Shown in pieces: positions 62,437 through 64,000 of a stretch of DNA of 64,000 nucleotides. Each line of letters opens with the position of its first letter. The first letter of the stretch is position 1. The notes under the pieces are model-generated. The model was not told the DNA's origin. It did not search any database and saw nothing but the letters and a program-made list of their open reading frames with translations. Source of the stretch: Octopus sinensis. Taxonomy: Eukaryota. The DNA lies in contig NC_043006.1 of assembly GCF_006345805.1 (NCBI RefSeq), positions 25,172,001 through 25,236,000 on the forward strand, given 5' to 3'. Position numbers and translations under genes: made by a program.

Positions 62437-62540
62437 CGTATTTTTTGGTAGAGCTGCAAGAATGTTCACCAAAGCATCATACATTTGATTTGCTGTTCCT
62501 TCAAAAAATCTGCCACAACCTCCAATAAACAAAGTATCCC
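62437..62540 (-). CDS. HAGH: Glyoxalase II internal exon
   Basis: Acceptor ttttattttcag, donor gtatat. 104 nt, phase 1 to 0. (G)[34 protein letters not shown] contains the GDTLF..GCG.F.EG motif. Confidence 0.96.
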
Positions 62541-63540
62541 CTGAAAATAAAAATGTTTAGCTCTAAAAAGTGTCCCTTAAAGACTTTTTGAGTATTTTTT
62601 TAAAGCTCAAATAAGGGTAAATTAAGAAATGCCAACAATAAAATAGAACTTACAATTTTCTATAGAATCAAGTAACAAACTAAGTCTTTAATGAGAAGAA
62701 TTCATTGTATTGTAGAAGTTGCTAAATTACCACAGGACCCAGTCTATTAAGCTGTAAGCAGCAGTAATACTGAATAACTGATGTTTCATTAATTTACAGT
62801 ACTGGATTCAAACCTCTTACAGGCAAAGAAAAAAGACAAAAGAAAGCCTAACCTTCAGTGCTACCCCAATGACCTAAGTTATAGGACATTACTTGCTTTA
62901 TTTCTACTACTGTTTATTTTTTCTTCATAGGAGTTGAACAGTAGTATGTTTGACACCAAAAAGTAATCCTTTTCAAATCACAAGAAACTATAATGTTAGA
63001 GTTCAACTTTAGTTGTCTAGAATGCAATGGAAATGCAAGCAAGGGAAATTAAACACACTATTAAATTCTTTCCACAGAAAAAAAAATTAAGACACAAACT
63101 CCTTTCCAATTCTACAGTGTGAACACTGTTTACAGTAGTAAATTATATTATTTATGGAAAGTACTCAGAGATAGATGGACTCAATCTAAGCACCTTGACA
63201 CCAAAAGTACCAAGGCTAAAGACACAGAGTAGTGTCAGGGTATAACCTGCTGCCATACAACACCAATCCAAGGATATAATTTTCTGAAGTAAACTGAACT
63301 GTGTAGAGTTAAGCTCTGTTTTGCAACATTTTCTATGCTCTATACCTAAAATCTAATATCAATAATGTAAAATCCCCACACATCCATCAATAAAAGAGAA
63401 GCATGGTTATGGGATTGGGTCTCTTAGTTCACATTTGTTCTAAACAGAAGATAACATTCATGCTCCCTCTCTCTCTCTCGCACACACACACACACACAAA
63501 ATCTACAAATAGTGCAATGTAAAGTTAGAATCTTACTAAC

Positions 63541-63646
63541 CAGTAAACACAGCAGGTTGGTGTTCATCATTGCTAGTTACAAAATAACAGATATGGCCAG
63601 TGGTATGACAAGGCGTGTGAAGACATTTAATATTTAAACTTCCAAG
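63541..63646 (-). CDS. HAGH: Glyoxalase II (hydroxyacylglutathione hydrolase), internal exon; upstream exons lie beyond the window end
   Basis: Minus strand: acceptor gtctttcag, donor gttagt. 106 nt, phase 0 to 1. Translates [35 protein letters not shown](G), matching the GLO2 TPCHTxGHICYFV metal-ligand motif. Confidence 0.96.
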
Positions 63647-63805
63647 CTGAAAGACAATCATTATAAACATGATGGTATGAATAAACATTTTTTTGTATGT
63701 AATTTGGGATCTTTTCGGTTTGAACGGCAGTTTTTTCTAGCGGTCATATGAAATTGTCACCCATAATTATGACCCTAGTATCGATCTATTGCATTTCAAT
63801 CTGTT

Positions 63806-63839
63806 TTAGGGTTAGGGTTAGTTAGGGTTAGAGCTAGGG
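63806..63839 (+). repeat. Short telomere-like (TTAGGG) cluster
   Basis: ttaggg ttaggg ttag ttaggg ttagag ctaggg. Confidence 0.8.
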
Positions 63840-64000
63840 GTGGGGAGAAGGGTATTTTTTTTCTTCACAAATGTAAATAAACCCAATCTGTTTCTTAAAC
63901 GAGGGACATATTCATACAGCACAGAATGTTTTTTTTTTTACCTCAAAAGACATCATTGATTGGTTGAAATTGCAGAAATTGAAGAAAAAAAACAACAAAC

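Overview
AT-rich animal genomic DNA, dense in microsatellites and transposons. It is most likely an octopod cephalopod; this is inferred from the SINE/LINE repertoire and was not checked by search. Two convergent spliced genes are supported. On the + strand are the last two coding exons (34688-34979, 37227-38495) of an unidentified Ser/Pro-rich, low-complexity protein. On the - strand are five 3' coding exons of glyoxalase II (HAGH) at 63541-63646, 62437-62540, 60958-61059, 57592-57671 and 55560-55650. The ORF track misses all five HAGH exons, but they splice in phase into a 160-aa C-terminal segment. The rest of the window is mostly decayed mobile DNA: three mariners, one Tc1, a piggyBac-type MITE, a non-autonomous Helitron, R4/Dong, RTE and Penelope-like retroelement relics, and several tRNA-derived SINE families. 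Most unusual is a set of type I hammerhead-ribozyme motifs of the Penelope-associated kind. Two sit in the arms of an apparently perfect 252-bp inverted repeat (48033-48639), and a disabled-looking one lies sense to the HAGH pre-mRNA. These fit known retroelement biology; I found no CRISPR array and cannot claim a wholly new system. Repeat boundaries are read by eye and are approximate unless TSD/TIR positions are given.
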